From NCBI GenBank assembly GCA_030390025.1, contig CM059432.1, positions 5,642,001 through 5,706,000 on the forward strand: 64,000 nt of DNA. Reading direction: 5' to 3'. The notes beneath the pieces were generated by a model. It did not search any database. It saw only the letters and a program-made list of their open reading frames with translations, and was not told where the DNA came from. Positions 13,120-25,564 of this stretch are shown here, one piece after another (within the stretch, counting starts at the first letter, position 1; every line of letters starts with the position of its first letter). Made by a program: the position numbers and the translations under genes. This DNA is from Squalus acanthias. Its lineage: Eukaryota.

Positions 13120-13175
13120 CCGTGGCAATGCAGCGACCTGATAGGCAGCTCTGGCTGGAAAATTGGTTTTAAAAT
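13120..13175 (-). CDS. RIDA: RIDA exon 5 (YFKTNFPARAAYQVAALPR), containing the catalytic Arg
   Basis: Acceptor ctttctcag|, donor CGG|gtacgt; 56 nt. Confidence 0.96.
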
Positions 13176-13199
13176 CTGAGAAAGAAACACAAATTTACT

Positions 13200-13790
13200 G
13201 ACATAGAAATTTACAGCACGGAAAGAGGCCATTCGGACCAACTGGTTTATGCTGCACACGCGCCTCCTCCCACCCGGCCTCATCTATCTATCAGCAGATC
13301 CTTCTTCCATTTCTTTCTCCCTCATGTGTTTATCTAGCATCCCTTTAAATGCATCTATGCTATTCTCCTCAACTACTCCATGTGGTAGCGAGTTCCATAT
13401 TCGAACCACTCTCTGGAGTAAAGAAATTTCTCCTGAATTCCTTATTAGATTTATTGGTGACCATCTTCTATTTATAGCTCCTAGTTTTGGATTCCCCCAC
13501 AAGTGGAAACATATTCTCTACGTCTACCCTTTGAAAGCTCTTCATAATTTTAAAGACTATTATCAGTTCACCCCTCAGCTTTCTCTTTCCCAGCCTGTTC
13601 AATCTTTCCTGATAGGTATAACCCCTCAGTTCTGGTATTATCCTAGTAAATCTTTTTTGCACCTTCTCCAATGCCATTCTATCCTTTCTGTAATATGGAG
13701 AGCAGAACTGTGCCCAGTACTCCAAGTCTAACCAAGGTTCTGTACAAGTTTAACATAACTTCTCGGCTTTTCAATTCTATCCCGCTGGAA
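13200..13790 (-). mobile_element. CR1 LINE 3' fragment
   Basis: EYWAQFCSPYYRKD..ALEKVQKRFTR and QRVVRIWNSLP motifs. Confidence 0.85.
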
Positions 13791-14028
13791 TAAAATAAAA
13801 AGACAAATGCGTCGGTCAAGGAGAGCAAATGCGTTTAACACAAACTGAAATAACTCCGACTGATGTAGAGTTCTGATTACCAGCAGGAAAGCCTTTCAGT
13901 ACTACAGCTAAACATAACTGCAAAAGTATCACTTCAGCATTCACCATCATGAATTGTAATTCGGGGAGTTATTATTCCCCACCGGCCCCCCCACCCCCCA
14001 CCAAAACAAACACGAGATCCACACTCAC

Positions 14029-14097
14029 ATTGCTTGTAAACATCGTTAACACAGTTGAAGTCGTTGATGTCTGCCAGCAGAACGGTTGTTTTTACAA
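14029..14097 (-). CDS. RIDA: RIDA exon 4 (VVKTTVLLADINDFNCVNDVYKQ)
   Basis: Acceptor ccttttag|, donor T|gtgagt; 69 nt. Confidence 0.96.
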
Positions 14098-14444
14098 CTA
14101 AAAGGAAGAAAGACTTGCATTTAGATAGCGCCTTTCACGACCTTAGGACGTCCCAAAGCACTTTACAGCCAATGAAGCACTTTTGAAGTGTGGTCGCTGC
14201 TGCGATGCAGGACATAATTTTTTTATTTTTTTATAAACATCTTAATAAGTGCTCAAAACTAAAACTACTGGCGACGAGAGGGCCAGTACATTAACAACTC
14301 AAAAAGCTTCATGCACTTTTCTTTAAAATTATATCTAACCTGCCAAAGTATGCTTGAAGTAGTGTTGTCTGCCACATTGTGGACTAAATTCAGCACTGCC
14401 ATACAGAGTACATCACTCCGTTAAGTACATCTTTTAAATTAAAC

Positions 14445-14660
14445 TAAAATAGAAACAGAAAATACAGGCAGCATCTGTGGAGAGAGAAACAGAGTTAACG
14501 TTTCAGCTCGATCACCCCTCCAGTTCTGATTGAAAGCTCATCGAGCTGAAACATTAACTCTGTTTCTCTCTCTCCACAGATGCTGCCTGACCTGCTGAGT
14601 ATTTCCAGCATTTTCTGTTATCATTTCAGATTATCCAGCATCCGCAGTATTTTGCTTTGG
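14445..14660. mobile_element. Inverted pair of Penelope-derived terminal repeats
   Basis: Minus copy 14445-14515 adjoins plus copy 14521-14660 of the hammerhead-bearing unit. Confidence 0.7.
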
Positions 14661-14858
14661 TCTTAAATTAAACTTCCGAGTTCTAGCCAAAAGTAGATTT
14701 TGACCATATTCCCTACTAAACACAAATCATTCTACTCTTGTTTTTTTTAAAAAAAAAGTTATTTCCTCTCCGCTTTGGTCTTCCTGATTTATGATAAAAG
14801 CTCTCCTGTTGCTGGCTGTGCGCGGCAAAAGGAGGAATGCTACATTTTAGCCTCGTAC

Positions 14859-14913
14859 CATTCGTGTAGTCACAGTTTGCAGCCTTGAGGATCTCTCCCA
14901 TGTTGATGAGCGC
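14859..14913 (-). CDS. RIDA: RIDA exon 3 (ALINMGEILKAANCDYTN)
   Basis: Poly-T acceptor ttggcag|, donor G|gtacga; 55 nt. Confidence 0.96.
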
Positions 14914-15036
14914 CTGCCAAAAAAAAAAACACAAATTAGTTCAGGCATTCTTGTTAAAAATGTGCATTCCCTCTCCCCCCCCCCAACCGATGAAAGCAGA
15001 GATAAAAATGCAGACAAAGCACCACGGTTCATTTCA

Positions 15037-15354
15037 CAGAATCACAGAATCCCCACAGCGCAGATAGAGGCCATTTCGGCCCATCGAACCTGCACCGACA
15101 CATATCCCACCCTATCCCCGTAACCCCACGTATTTAATCCCCCCCTAACACGAAGGGTCAATTTATCATAGCCAAATCAACCTAACCCGCACATCTTTGG
15201 ACTGTGGGAGGAAACCGGAGCACCCGGAGGAAACCCACGCAGACACGGGGAGAATGTGCAAACTCCACACAGACAGTCACCCGAGGCCGGATTCGAACCC
15301 GGGTCCCTGGCGCTGTGAGGCACCAGTGCTAACCACTATGCCACCGTGTTGCCC
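15037..15354 (-). mobile_element. tRNA-derived V-SINE (HE1-like) with a CR1-derived tail
   Basis: Minus strand: head ggtggcatagtggttagcactg...gggttcgaatccgg (A/B boxes), V-domain gtggagtttgcacattctccccgtgtctgcgtgggtttcctccggg, tail gatgggccgaaatggcctc...(attctgtg)n. Confidence 0.85.
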
Positions 15355-15960
15355 ATTTCTAGAGGAATAGAATTGAAAAGCAGGGAAGTTATGTCGAACT
15401 TGTACAGAACTTTGGTTAGACCACAGTTCTGGCCTCCATATTACAAAAAGGATACAGAGGAACTGGAGAAGGTGCATAAAGATTCACAAGGATGACACCA
15501 GAACTGAGAGGTTATAAATATCAGGAAAGACTGAACAGACTGGGGCTCTTTTCTCTAGAAAATAGAAGGCTGAGGGGTGACCTGATAGAGGTCTTTATAA
15601 TGAAGGGATTTGATAGGGTAGACACACCACTTATTTGGGGTGGGGGGGGTGGGGGGAGGAGTTCAAAACCAGGAGCCATAAATACAAGATGGTCAACTAA
15701 TAAATCCAGTAGGAAATTCAGGAGAAATGTCTTTACCCAGAGAGTGGTGAGAATGTGGAACTCACCATCACATGGAGTACTTGAGGTGAATAGCATAGAT
15801 GCATTTATGGGGAAGCTAGATAAACACATGAGGGAGAAAGGTATAGAAGGTTACGCTGAAAAGGTGAGATGAAGAGGGGTGGGAGGGGGCTCGTGTGGAG
15901 CATAAACACCGGCACGGACCAGTTGGGCCGAAGGGCCTGTTTCTGTGCTGTAAATTCTTT
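15355..15960 (+). mobile_element. CR1 LINE 3' fragment
   Basis: ORF 15492-15872: LGLFSLENRRLRGDLIEV, FTQRVVRMWNS. Confidence 0.85.
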
Positions 15961-16339
15961 GTCTGAACTGCAGGCCCCGTAAAATATTCAATGGCATTTC
16001 TCCACCTAAAGCATCCAGTGGTGCTTTGGAAAAGGAAATGGCTCAGCATAATTTCTATCACAAAAGCATCACACAGAAATGATAACTTTGTGGTTTACAA
16101 ACATGGCTAATAAAGCTATGCTAATAATTTTCCAAGAGTGACTGCTCCTCTGTCAAATGGTTAATGTTTTTGCCACTGTCAGAATCGAGTTTAACATGGC
16201 CCACTACTGGTGGTGCACACAGAACAGCACAGACTCTGGCTAAATTTCTCCCTGGCCAGCTCTGTAACCTGAATTCCAGGTACTACTGTGGAGTCGGCCT
16301 TACTGTGCCCCGTCCCAGCCGTGGTTGGCACCGAACGAC

Positions 16340-16910
16340 CATAGGAAAAGGAGGAGGCCATTCAGCCCCTCGAGCCTGTTCCACCATTCAATGAGATCAT
16401 GGCTTATCTGCGACCTAACTCCATATACCATCCTGTGGCCCAAATCCCTTAATACCTTTGGTTGACAAAAATCTATCAATCTCAGATTTAAAATTAACAA
16501 TGGACCTGAGATCAACTGCCCTTTGTGGAAGAGAGTCCCAAACTTCTACCACCCTTTGTGTGTAGAAGTGTTTCCTAATTTCACTCCTGAAAGGTCTGGC
16601 TCTAATTTTTAGACTCTGCCCCCTAGTCCAAGACTCCCAAACCAGCGGAAATAGTTTCTCTCTATCGACCCGATCAGTTCCCCTTAATATCTTTGAAAAC
16701 TTTGATCAAATCACCCCTTAACCTTCTAAATTCTAGGGAATACAACCCTAGTTTGTGTAATCTCTCCTCGTAATTTAACCCTTGGAGTCCAGGTGTCATT
16801 CTGGTAAATCTACACCAATATATTAATCCAAGGTTAATATATCCTTCCTACGGTGTGGTGCCCAGAACTGCTCACAGTGCTCCAGGTGTGGTCTAACCAG
16901 GGCTTTGTAT
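16340..16910 (-). mobile_element. CR1 LINE 3' fragment
   Basis: [19 protein letters not shown] motif and CR1 3' tail. Confidence 0.8.
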
Positions 16911-17732
16911 GAGGAACACAGGTACATATTATCCCACAATAGCAGAATGTTAGGAGCTGGAAGACTCAATGGCATTTCGCCACCAAAAGCAGCGCAGCCG
17001 GTGTCAGAGAGAGCAATTCTAACAAATGCTGTTTGAAAAAAGAAAAAAAGGGTTGAAAATGCAGGAGATGCACAAGTCCAGCAGCACCTGTTGAGAGAAA
17101 GATACGGAAGGATTATAATCAAAATGTTAACCTATCTTTTCTCGTCTCGTGCCGACAGGACTGCTGTGTACTTTTCTGTATGAAAGAAATGTTGAAAATT
17201 GAGGAGATTCTTCAGTACTCAGGAGGCGATAGGAATGGGAGAAGGGAGTTTGTACCTAAACCTGTTATAATTATTTAGTTTAGCGGTCAGATTCCACCAC
17301 TAGGAACTGTACGTTGTATCTCCCTCTCTGGTACACTTGTGTACCCTCCTCTTTGCCAAACATTGCGTATACTTTTTTGCGGATGTCTGTTATAATCACT
17401 CTTTCACACTCACTCACACACACGAGTAATAAAACAAAGAAAAGAAAATGAAAGAAAAAGGAAGGAAGGAAGGAAGGAAGGAAGGAAGGATTGCAGGGGC
17501 TAGAGTCTTGTGATAAGGAAGAATGTATGTAGACTGTAGAAGGACCCGTTGGGTCAAATGGCCTGTTCTTTTTCCCTGCCTTCCTATGTACCATTTCTGA
17601 CGGACAACTCATTGTAGTTGGAAGATTTCAAGTGGCCCTAAAGAACTTTGTGTTCGAGAGGAATTGGACATCACAATATTGGGAGGTCATCTACATCAGA
17701 ATACCGGGTGGTCGTTGATCTCATCTGCCACA

Positions 17733-20700
17733 CGTAGAATCGTAGAATCTTACAGCACAGGAGGCCACCATTCGGCCCGTTGTGCCTGTGCTGGCTCTTT
17801 GATAGAGCTGTCCAATTTAGTCCCAAACCCCAGCAAATTAGTTCTCTCCAAATACGTGTCCAATTGCCTTTTGAATGTTCCTATGGAATCTGATTCGACC
17901 ACCCTTTCGGGTAGTGAGTTCCAGATCATAACAACCTTTTGTGTGAAATATTTTCTCCTCATTTCCCCTCTAGTTCTTTTGCCAATTATTTTAAATCTAT
18001 GACCTCTGGTTACCGACCCACTTTCCAGAGGAAGTAGTTTCTCCCTGCTTGCTCTATCAAAACCCCATAAAATTTCAAATACCTCTATTAGGTCTTCCCA
18101 TAACCTTCTCTGCTCCAAGGAGAACAATCTCAACTTCTCCAATCTCTCCACATAACTGAAGTCTCTCATCCCTGGTATCACCCTGGTAAACTGCCTATGT
18201 GCCCTCTCCAAGGCCTTCACATCCTGCCTAAAGTGTGGTGCCCAGAATTGGACACAATACTCCAGCTGAGGCCTAACCAAGGATTTGTAAATGTTTACTG
18301 TGACTTCCTTGTTTTTTGTATTCAATGCCCCTACTTACAAAGCCAAGTATCCCAGACGCTTTCTTAACCACCTTAATCAACTTACCCTGCCACCTTCAAA
18401 GATTTGTGAATATGCACACCCAGGTCCCTCTGCTCTTGCATCCTCTCAGAATAGTACCATTAAATTATACTGCCTCTCCATATTGTTTCTCCAAAAGTGC
18501 ATCACTTCACACTTATCCACATTGAATTGCAACAGCCATGTGTCTGCCCATTTCACCAGTCTGTCTATATCATAGAATCATATAATTTACAGCACAGAAG
18601 GAAGCCATTCGGCCCATCGGCCCATCTTGTCCGTGCCGGCCGACAAAGAGCTATCCACCCTAATCCCACTTTCCAGCTCTTGGTCCGTAGCCCTGTAGGT
18701 TACGACACTTCAAGTGCCCATCCAAGTACTTTTTAAATGGGACGAGGGTTTCTGCCTCTACCACCTTTTCAGGCAGAGAGTTCCAGATCCCCACCACCCT
18801 CTGGGTGAAAAGATTTCTCCTCAAATCCCCTCTAAACTTCCGACCAATTACTTTAAATCTATGCCCCCTGGTTATTGACCCTTCTGCTAAGGGAAATAGG
18901 TCCTTCCTATCCACTCTATCAAGGCCCCTCATAATTTTATACACCTCAATTAGGTCTCCCCTCAGCCTCCTCTGTTCCAAAGAAAACAACCCCAGCCTAT
19001 CCAATCTTTCCTCATAGCTAAAATCCCCAGCCCAGGCAACATCCTCGTAAATCTCCTCTGCACCCTCTCTAGTGCAATCACATCCTTCCTGTAATTTGGT
19101 GACCAGAACTACACGTAGTATTCTAGCTGTAGCCTAACTAGTGTTTTATACAGTTCAAGCATAACCCCCCTGCTCTTATATTCTATGCCTCGGCTAATAA
19201 AGGCAAGTATCCCGTATGCCTTCTTAAGTTGTGGGCAAAATGCTGGAGTCCATCATTAAGGATGAAATAGCGGAGCACTTAGCAAATGGGGACAGGATAG
19301 GACAGAGTCAACATGGATTTACAAAGGGTAAATCGTGCTTGACTAATCTATTGGAATTTTTTGAGGGAGTAACTGGTAAAATAGATGGGGGAGAGCCAGT
19401 AGATGTGGTGTACCTGGACTTCCAAAAGGCCTTCGATAAGGTCCCACATAAAAGATTAGCAGGGAAAATTGAAGCTCATGGGATAAAGGGGAAAGTATTG
19501 ACGTGGATAGAGAACTGGCTGTCAGATAGAAAACAGAGAGTTGGAATAAACGGCTCATTTTCTGAATGGCAGGCAGTAACAAGTGGGGTACCACAGGGAT
19601 CTGTCCTGGGTCCCCAGTTGTTCACAATTTACATTAATGACCTGGATCAGGGAGTCAGATGCAGCATTTCCAAATTTGCAGACGACACTAAACTAGGAGG
19701 GGGGGTGGGCTCAGAGGAGGAGACCAGGAAGCTCCAGAGCGATTTGGACAGACTGGGTGATTGGGCGGATAAATGGCAGATGCACTATAATGTGGACAAG
19801 TGCGAAGTTATCCACCTTGGGTGCAGGAACGGGAGGGCAAATTATTATTTAAATGGCAATAAATTGGGAGAGGGGGAAGTACAGAGAGACCTGGGTGTTC
19901 TTGTACACCAGTCACTGAAGGCGAGCATGCAGGTGCAATAGGCGGTCAAGAAGGCAAACGGTATGCTGGCCTTCATAGCAAAAGGGTTGGAATACAGGAA
20001 CAGGGATACCTTGCTGCAGCTGTACAGGGCACTGGTGAGACCACACCTCGAGTACTGTGTACAGTTTTGGTCGCCTCATCTGAGGAAAGATGTTCTTGCC
20101 ATGGAGGGGGTGCAGCGGCGATTCACCAGGCTGATACCAGGAATGGCGGGATTGACCTATGAGGAGAGACTATGTAGTTTAGGGATGTACACACTGGAGT
20201 TTAGAAGATTGAGAGGGGACCTCATAGAAGTGTATAAAATTCTGACAGGTCTAGACAGACTAGATGCAGAAGGAATGTTTCCCTTGGCGGGTGAGAACAG
20301 AACTAGAGGACATAATTTAAGGATAAGGGCTAAACCATTTAGGACAGAAATGAGGGTGAATTTCTTCACTCAGAGGGTGGTGAACCCGTGGAACTCATTG
20401 CCACAGAGGGCAGTGTACGCCAGCTCATTAAATATATTTAAGAGGGAATTAGATATATTTCTACAGGCAAAAGGGGTTAAGGGTTACGGAGAGAAGGCGG
20501 GGACAGGATACTGAATTGGAGGATCAGCCATGATCTCATTAAATGGCGGAGCAGGCTCGAAGGGACGGTTGGCCTACTCCTGCTCCTATCTTCTATGTAT
20601 CTATGTATCTATGTAACCACCTTATCTGTCTGTCCTGCTACCTTCAGGGATCTGTGGACATGCACTCCAAGGTCCCTCTGATCTTCTGCACTTCTCAGTA

Positions 20701-22300
20701 TCCTACCATTTATTGTGTATTCCCTTGCCTTGTTAGCCCTCCACAAATGCATTACCTCACACTTCTCCAGATTGAATTCCATTTGCCACTGTTCTGCCCA
20801 CCTGACTAGTCCATTGATATCTTCCTGCAGTCTGCAGCTTCTTCTTTCATTATCAACCACACGGCCAATTTTTGTATCTGCAAACTTCTTAATCATACTT
20901 CCTACATTCAAGTCCAAATCATTGATATATACCACAAAAAGCAAAGGACCCAGTACTGAGCCCTGTGGAACCCCACTGGAAACAGCCTTCCAGTCATAAA
21001 AACACCTTTCGACCATTACCCTTTGTTTCCTGCCTCTGAGCCAATTTTGGATCCAACTTGCCACTTTGCCTTGGATCCCATGGGCTTTTACTTTCGTGAC
21101 GAGTCTGCCATGTGGGACCTTATCAAAAGCCTTGCTAAAATCCATATAGACTACATCAAACGCACTACCCTCATCGACCCTCGTTACCTCCTCAAAAAAT
21201 TCAATCAAGTTAGTCAGACACGACCTTCCCTTAACAAATCCATGCTGACTGTCCCTGATTAATCCCACCACCGAGGTTAGGCTGACTGGCCTGTAATTAC
21301 TCGGTCTATCCCTTTCTCCCTTTTTAAACAACGGTACCACGTTAGCAGTCCTCTGCCACCAGACCTGTAGCCTGCTGAAGTCTGCTAGTATTCTGCTCAC
21401 TATTTATTACGTTGCCAAGTTTTGTATCATCCGCAAACTTCAAAATTCTACTCCCTATAGCCAAGTTCATGTCATTGAAGGCAGCAGGACAGGTAGATAA
21501 GGTGGGTAAAAAGGCATATGGAATACTTATATTCTATGCCTCGGCTAATGAAGGCAAGAGCAGGGAGGTTATGATGGAGCTGTACAAAACGCTAGTTAGG
21601 CCACAGCTGGAATACTGTGTGCAGTTCTGGTCGCCACACTATAGGAAGGATGTGATTGCATTGGAGAGGGTGCAGAGGAGATTCACCAGGATGTTACCTG
21701 GGCTGGAGCATTTCAGCTATGAAGAGAGACTGGACAGGCTGGGGTTGTTTTCCTCAGAGCAGAGAAGGCTGAGGGGGGACCTGATTGAGGTGTACAAAAT
21801 TATGAGGGGCATAGATAGGGTAGATAGAAAGGAACTTTTCCCCTTAGTAGAGGGATCAATAACCAGAGGGCATAGTTTCAAGGTAAGGGGCAGGAGGTTT
21901 AGAGGGGATTTGAGGAAAACCTTTTTCACCCAGAGGGTGGTTGGAATCTGGAACTCACTGCCTGAAAGGGTGGTAGAGGCAGGAACCCTCACAACATTTA
22001 AGAAGCATTTAGATGAGCACTTGAAACGCCATAGCATACAAGGCTACGGAGCAAGTGCTGGAAAATGGGATTAGAATAGAGAGGGCTTGATGGCTGGCAC
22101 GGACACGATGGGCCGAAGGGCCTCTTTCTGTGCTGTATAACTCTATGACTGTATATACAAGAAAAGTAATGGTCTTAATACCAACCCCTGCGGGACCCCA
22201 CTGTCTGTATCTCTCCAGGTCATCCGTTCACCACTACTCTCTGCTGTCCTTTTAATACCACGTGCTTCAATTTCCCAAATAAGGTCATTATAAGGTACTT
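17733..22300. mobile_element. Nested stack of four CR1 LINE fragments in RIDA intron 2
   Basis: A(-) 17733-18570 + 21371-21476 + ~22155-22300; B(-) 18571-19227 + 20614-21370; C(+) 19228-20613; D(+) 21477-~22152. RT motifs QHGF, DFxKAFD, SGVPQGSVLGP and KFADDTK. Confidence 0.9.
19231..20514 (+). pseudogene. CR1 ORF2 (reverse transcriptase) 3' part, 5'-truncated, with a single in-frame stop
   Basis: ORFs 19231-19941 and 19963-20514 share a frame, separated only by TAG at 19939-19941; tail (ATCTATGT)n near 20600. Confidence 0.9.
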
Positions 22301-22934
22301 CATCACATAAGGTGCAGTAGAAAGGTTTTCAAAGAAGGATTAATTTACGGAGTGAATATTGATAAGTGTACCATTTACAAAATCCACCGCCGCAATTCAC
22401 CAAGGCTTCTTCGACAGCACCTCCTAAATCTGCAACCTCTGTCACCTAGAAGGACAAGGGCAGGAGGCGCGGGGCAATGTTTCCTGTAAACTGCACGGCC
22501 ATGCAACGGTCCTGGGGACCCGCACAGCCGGCTTTTCAATTAAAAAACCGCACATGCATGGTATTTTGAATGGGCCGGAATTATTATTATTATTTTTTTA
22601 AACAGGGAACATTGCGCATGGGATCACCTCCAAGTCACACACCACCCTGACTTGGAAATATATCGGCCGTTCCTTCACCGTCGCTGGGTCAAAATCCTGG
22701 AACTCCCTCCCCAACAGCACTGTGGGAGCACCTTCACCACACGGACTGCAGCGGTTCAAGGCGGCGGCTCACCACCACCTTCTCAAGGGCAATTAGGGGC
22801 GGGCAATAAATGCTGGCCTTGCCAGCGACGCCCACATCCCATGAATTAATATTTTTTTTTAAAAACAGAGTCAGTCAATGAGCTGAAGGTGGGGGCAGGA
22901 CTTGTGGTTTTAAATTAGAGTCCCCAGATTATTT

Positions 22935-23195
22935 CTTCAGCAAAATGCTGCTGCCTTCTATCTTATCACAGACCTTCCCTTTTGTTCTTTCATCCCCTCC
23001 CCCCTTTCCCAGCCCCTACACTTGCGTAAAAATCTGTTCCATTTCCTGCTATTTTTCCAGTTCTGACGAAAGGTCATCGACCTGAAACGTTAACTCTGTT
23101 TCTCTCTTCACAGAGGCTGCCTGACCTGCTGAGTATCTCCAGCATTTTCTGTTTTTATTTCAGATTTCCAGCATCTGCAGTATTTTCTTTTTGTA
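22935..23195 (+). mobile_element. Penelope-like element 3' end / pseudo-LTR
   Basis: Pyrimidine-rich leader, hammerhead and conserved downstream unit; homologous to 39830-40075(+) and 45615-45930(-). Confidence 0.7.
23059..23095 (+). ncRNA. Minimal type I hammerhead ribozyme motif in a Penelope-derived repeat (intact core)
   Basis: AGTT-CTGACGA-A-AGGTC-ATC-GACCT-GAAA-CG-TT-AACT: stem I AGTT/AACT, CUGANGA core, 5-bp stem II, GAAA, palindromic ACGT mini stem III. Confidence 0.75.
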
Positions 23196-23197
23196 TT

Positions 23198-23405
23198 CGA
23201 GTCTCTTCGCCGGGAGCAAGCGGAAGCCAAGCGCAAGCAGCGCACGTCAACCCAAGCACCCCACCCACCCGCCCCTTCAACCACTGTCTGCCCCACCTGC
23301 GACAGAGACTGTAGGGCCCGCACTGGACTCATCAGTCACCTGAGAACTAATTTTTAATGTGGAAGCAAGTCATCCTCGGTTCCGAGGGATTGCCTAAGAG
23401 AAAGG
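23198..23405 (+). mobile_element. RTE LINE 3' end fragment
   Basis: Closely matches 36255-36450 (gagtctcttc...ggaagcaagtcatcctcggttccgaggga..gcctaaga). Confidence 0.8.
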
Positions 23406-24956
23406 TTGTCATTGACAGATTGGGACACCCTACAGTTAAAATCGGTCCCACTGCGCGTCCAATGGACAATCGGGCCACAAAATACAGAGAAGCTCAATCA
23501 CAGAAGTCTGATTTTTTTTTTGATAAACTGGAATAAGTTAGATCTACAAAAGATTCGAAGGAGAGAAAGTGGGACTTTTAAAAAAAAAAATCATTTTAAC
23601 ACATTTCAAATTCTTGCTCTGCTCCAGCAAGAAATTTCTACCAATTTCTTTTTTTTGGACGGAGGCGGAAATAGGAAACCATCAGAAAGTCTGTTAGTGG
23701 TTTTAAGTTTCAATGTTATTGTCTTCTGATGTAGCTTTGCCCCAGATCTTAGGGGTGGGTGAGGTTAAAAAAACAAACTCTCTCCACAGGAGATTTTCTT
23801 TTTTTTGTTGCTGCTGGAGTTCAACTGTTGTACGCAAATCTACCTGGGACCCTTTAATCTGTTAATAAAAATATTTTCCCCACTCATATTGCATTTTCGA
23901 GTACAAATCAATTAAAGTCGCTACAGCTTTCTAAAGTGAAGATTAATTTATGTTAAAGTCTTGGACTGCAAAATGTTTCGTAATTAAAGCACAGGCTGCA
24001 TGCCCAAACTTGCAAATATCCTTCAAAGACTGGGTCATGGATCACAATGATTCAGAAAGTGTGCCCGCATTACCGTGCATTGGCAATGTTCATCAATGCT
24101 TCACGAAGCAAAAGGGATATGAACCATGAAAAGCATGCTCCGATTTCATCAAACCTAGCCTGGTAGGTCCAGTCAAAAAACAGTGATTTTCTCTTTTAAC
24201 TGATTAGCTGTGTTGTAGATATCAATAGAATACCAATGGTTTACAGAGAATAACCCACTTGTATCGTGGTCAACAGAACTCACTTACATTTGGGAGCATT
24301 TGCGAGCTTCCTTGTCTATCGGCCTTCAACTACCGACACATAGAGCTTAGTTTATACCCACAAACGCACTACAGATGCAACTGTCTCACTTCTGACTAAA
24401 GAGGGTTAAGGGTTGCGGTGAGAAAAGAGTGTCAAACATCACCATGCGTATTGAATCCACACATCCTCAGCTGCGGAAAGATTACTGAAGTGCTGCCACC
24501 TGCCTGCGTGATCCGGTAACCGAGCAAGCACGATGCAGAGATCTCTCCGATTATTGTTGTTCCAGAAAGCAGAAACCAGGAAGCATTCCAAGTCTACACC
24601 AGCAAAAGTTAGGACTTGGCTGATCTATCGCCCGTACGATGCAAAGAGCTGCAATGTGAACTGGAACCCTTCTACTGAGAAACCTAGGCGAAGAGGTGAG
24701 GCCAGTGGAGAAGGACAAGACATCGACTGAATAAAGTCGGAGGAAAGACGTGGTTAAATCAAGAAGTAGTGACACACAATTAAAACCAAATAAATTGCTG
24801 GAGGAAGGGCTGAGTGAAAGAAGCAAGATGCCCACAGTATTAAGGTTCTGGGAATGATTGCACAATGAAGAGCAGTCGGAGCAATATATACAGTATATAT
24901 AAAAAGTACAGTATGATTTGGCGAAGATCTTGTTTTGAATGACGCTAAGACATTAC

Positions 24957-25062
24957 CTGCGTGGTTTCCTGGGTTGCTCCTCCATTCACAAGCTGCCCAG
25001 TTGCAGGGTCCATCCCCAGCTGCCCGGAAATGTACAGGGTTCGATCCACCACCACAGCTTGG
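24957..25062 (-). CDS. RIDA: RIDA exon 2 (QAVVVDRTLYISGQLGMDPATGQLVNGGATQETTQ)
   Basis: Acceptor cctacag|, donor CAG|gtaatg; 106 nt, phase matches exon 1. Confidence 0.96.
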
Positions 25063-25564
25063 CTGTAGGATAAAATTACAAAAGCACAGAATGGTCATAG
25101 GCCTACAGCACACCACAGAATAGGAAAGTAAGCAGAGGCTCTAAGCTCTGGAATTCTCTCCACCTCTCTCCCTCTAAGAAGCTACTTAAAACCTACCTCT
25201 TTGACCAAGCTTTTGGTCACCTGTCCTAATATCTCCTTACGTGGCTTGGTGTCAAATCTTGTTTGATAATCGCACCCGTGAGCGCCTTGGGACATTTTAC
25301 TACGTTAAAAGGCGCTACATAAATGCCTTTGAGACAGCTCTCCCAACTTTGGCAGTAGTCCCCAGATGTTAGTGATGGGGGCTTTGAGGGTCGATAGGGT
25401 TGTGTGCGCCTTTGTTGTGTCCAAAATCGATGCCTAACAATTAATGCTAGTGGACTGTTATATGCTTCCACTGAATTATATCTCTTAAAATTGTATCGCC
25501 ACACATGCCAGGAAGCTCTGATTGAATCCACAGTCTTATCTTAGTTACAATGAATATATAGGCT

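Noticed and set aside
17280..17420. Possible nested exon (...KKVYAMFGKEEGTQVYQRGRYNVQF...)
   Set aside because: Ends in a stop, is not needed for the RIDA frame, and matches no family I recognise.
19231..22074. Functional host reverse transcriptase gene
   Set aside because: 5'-truncated, nested CR1 fragments with stops and no promoter or splice context.
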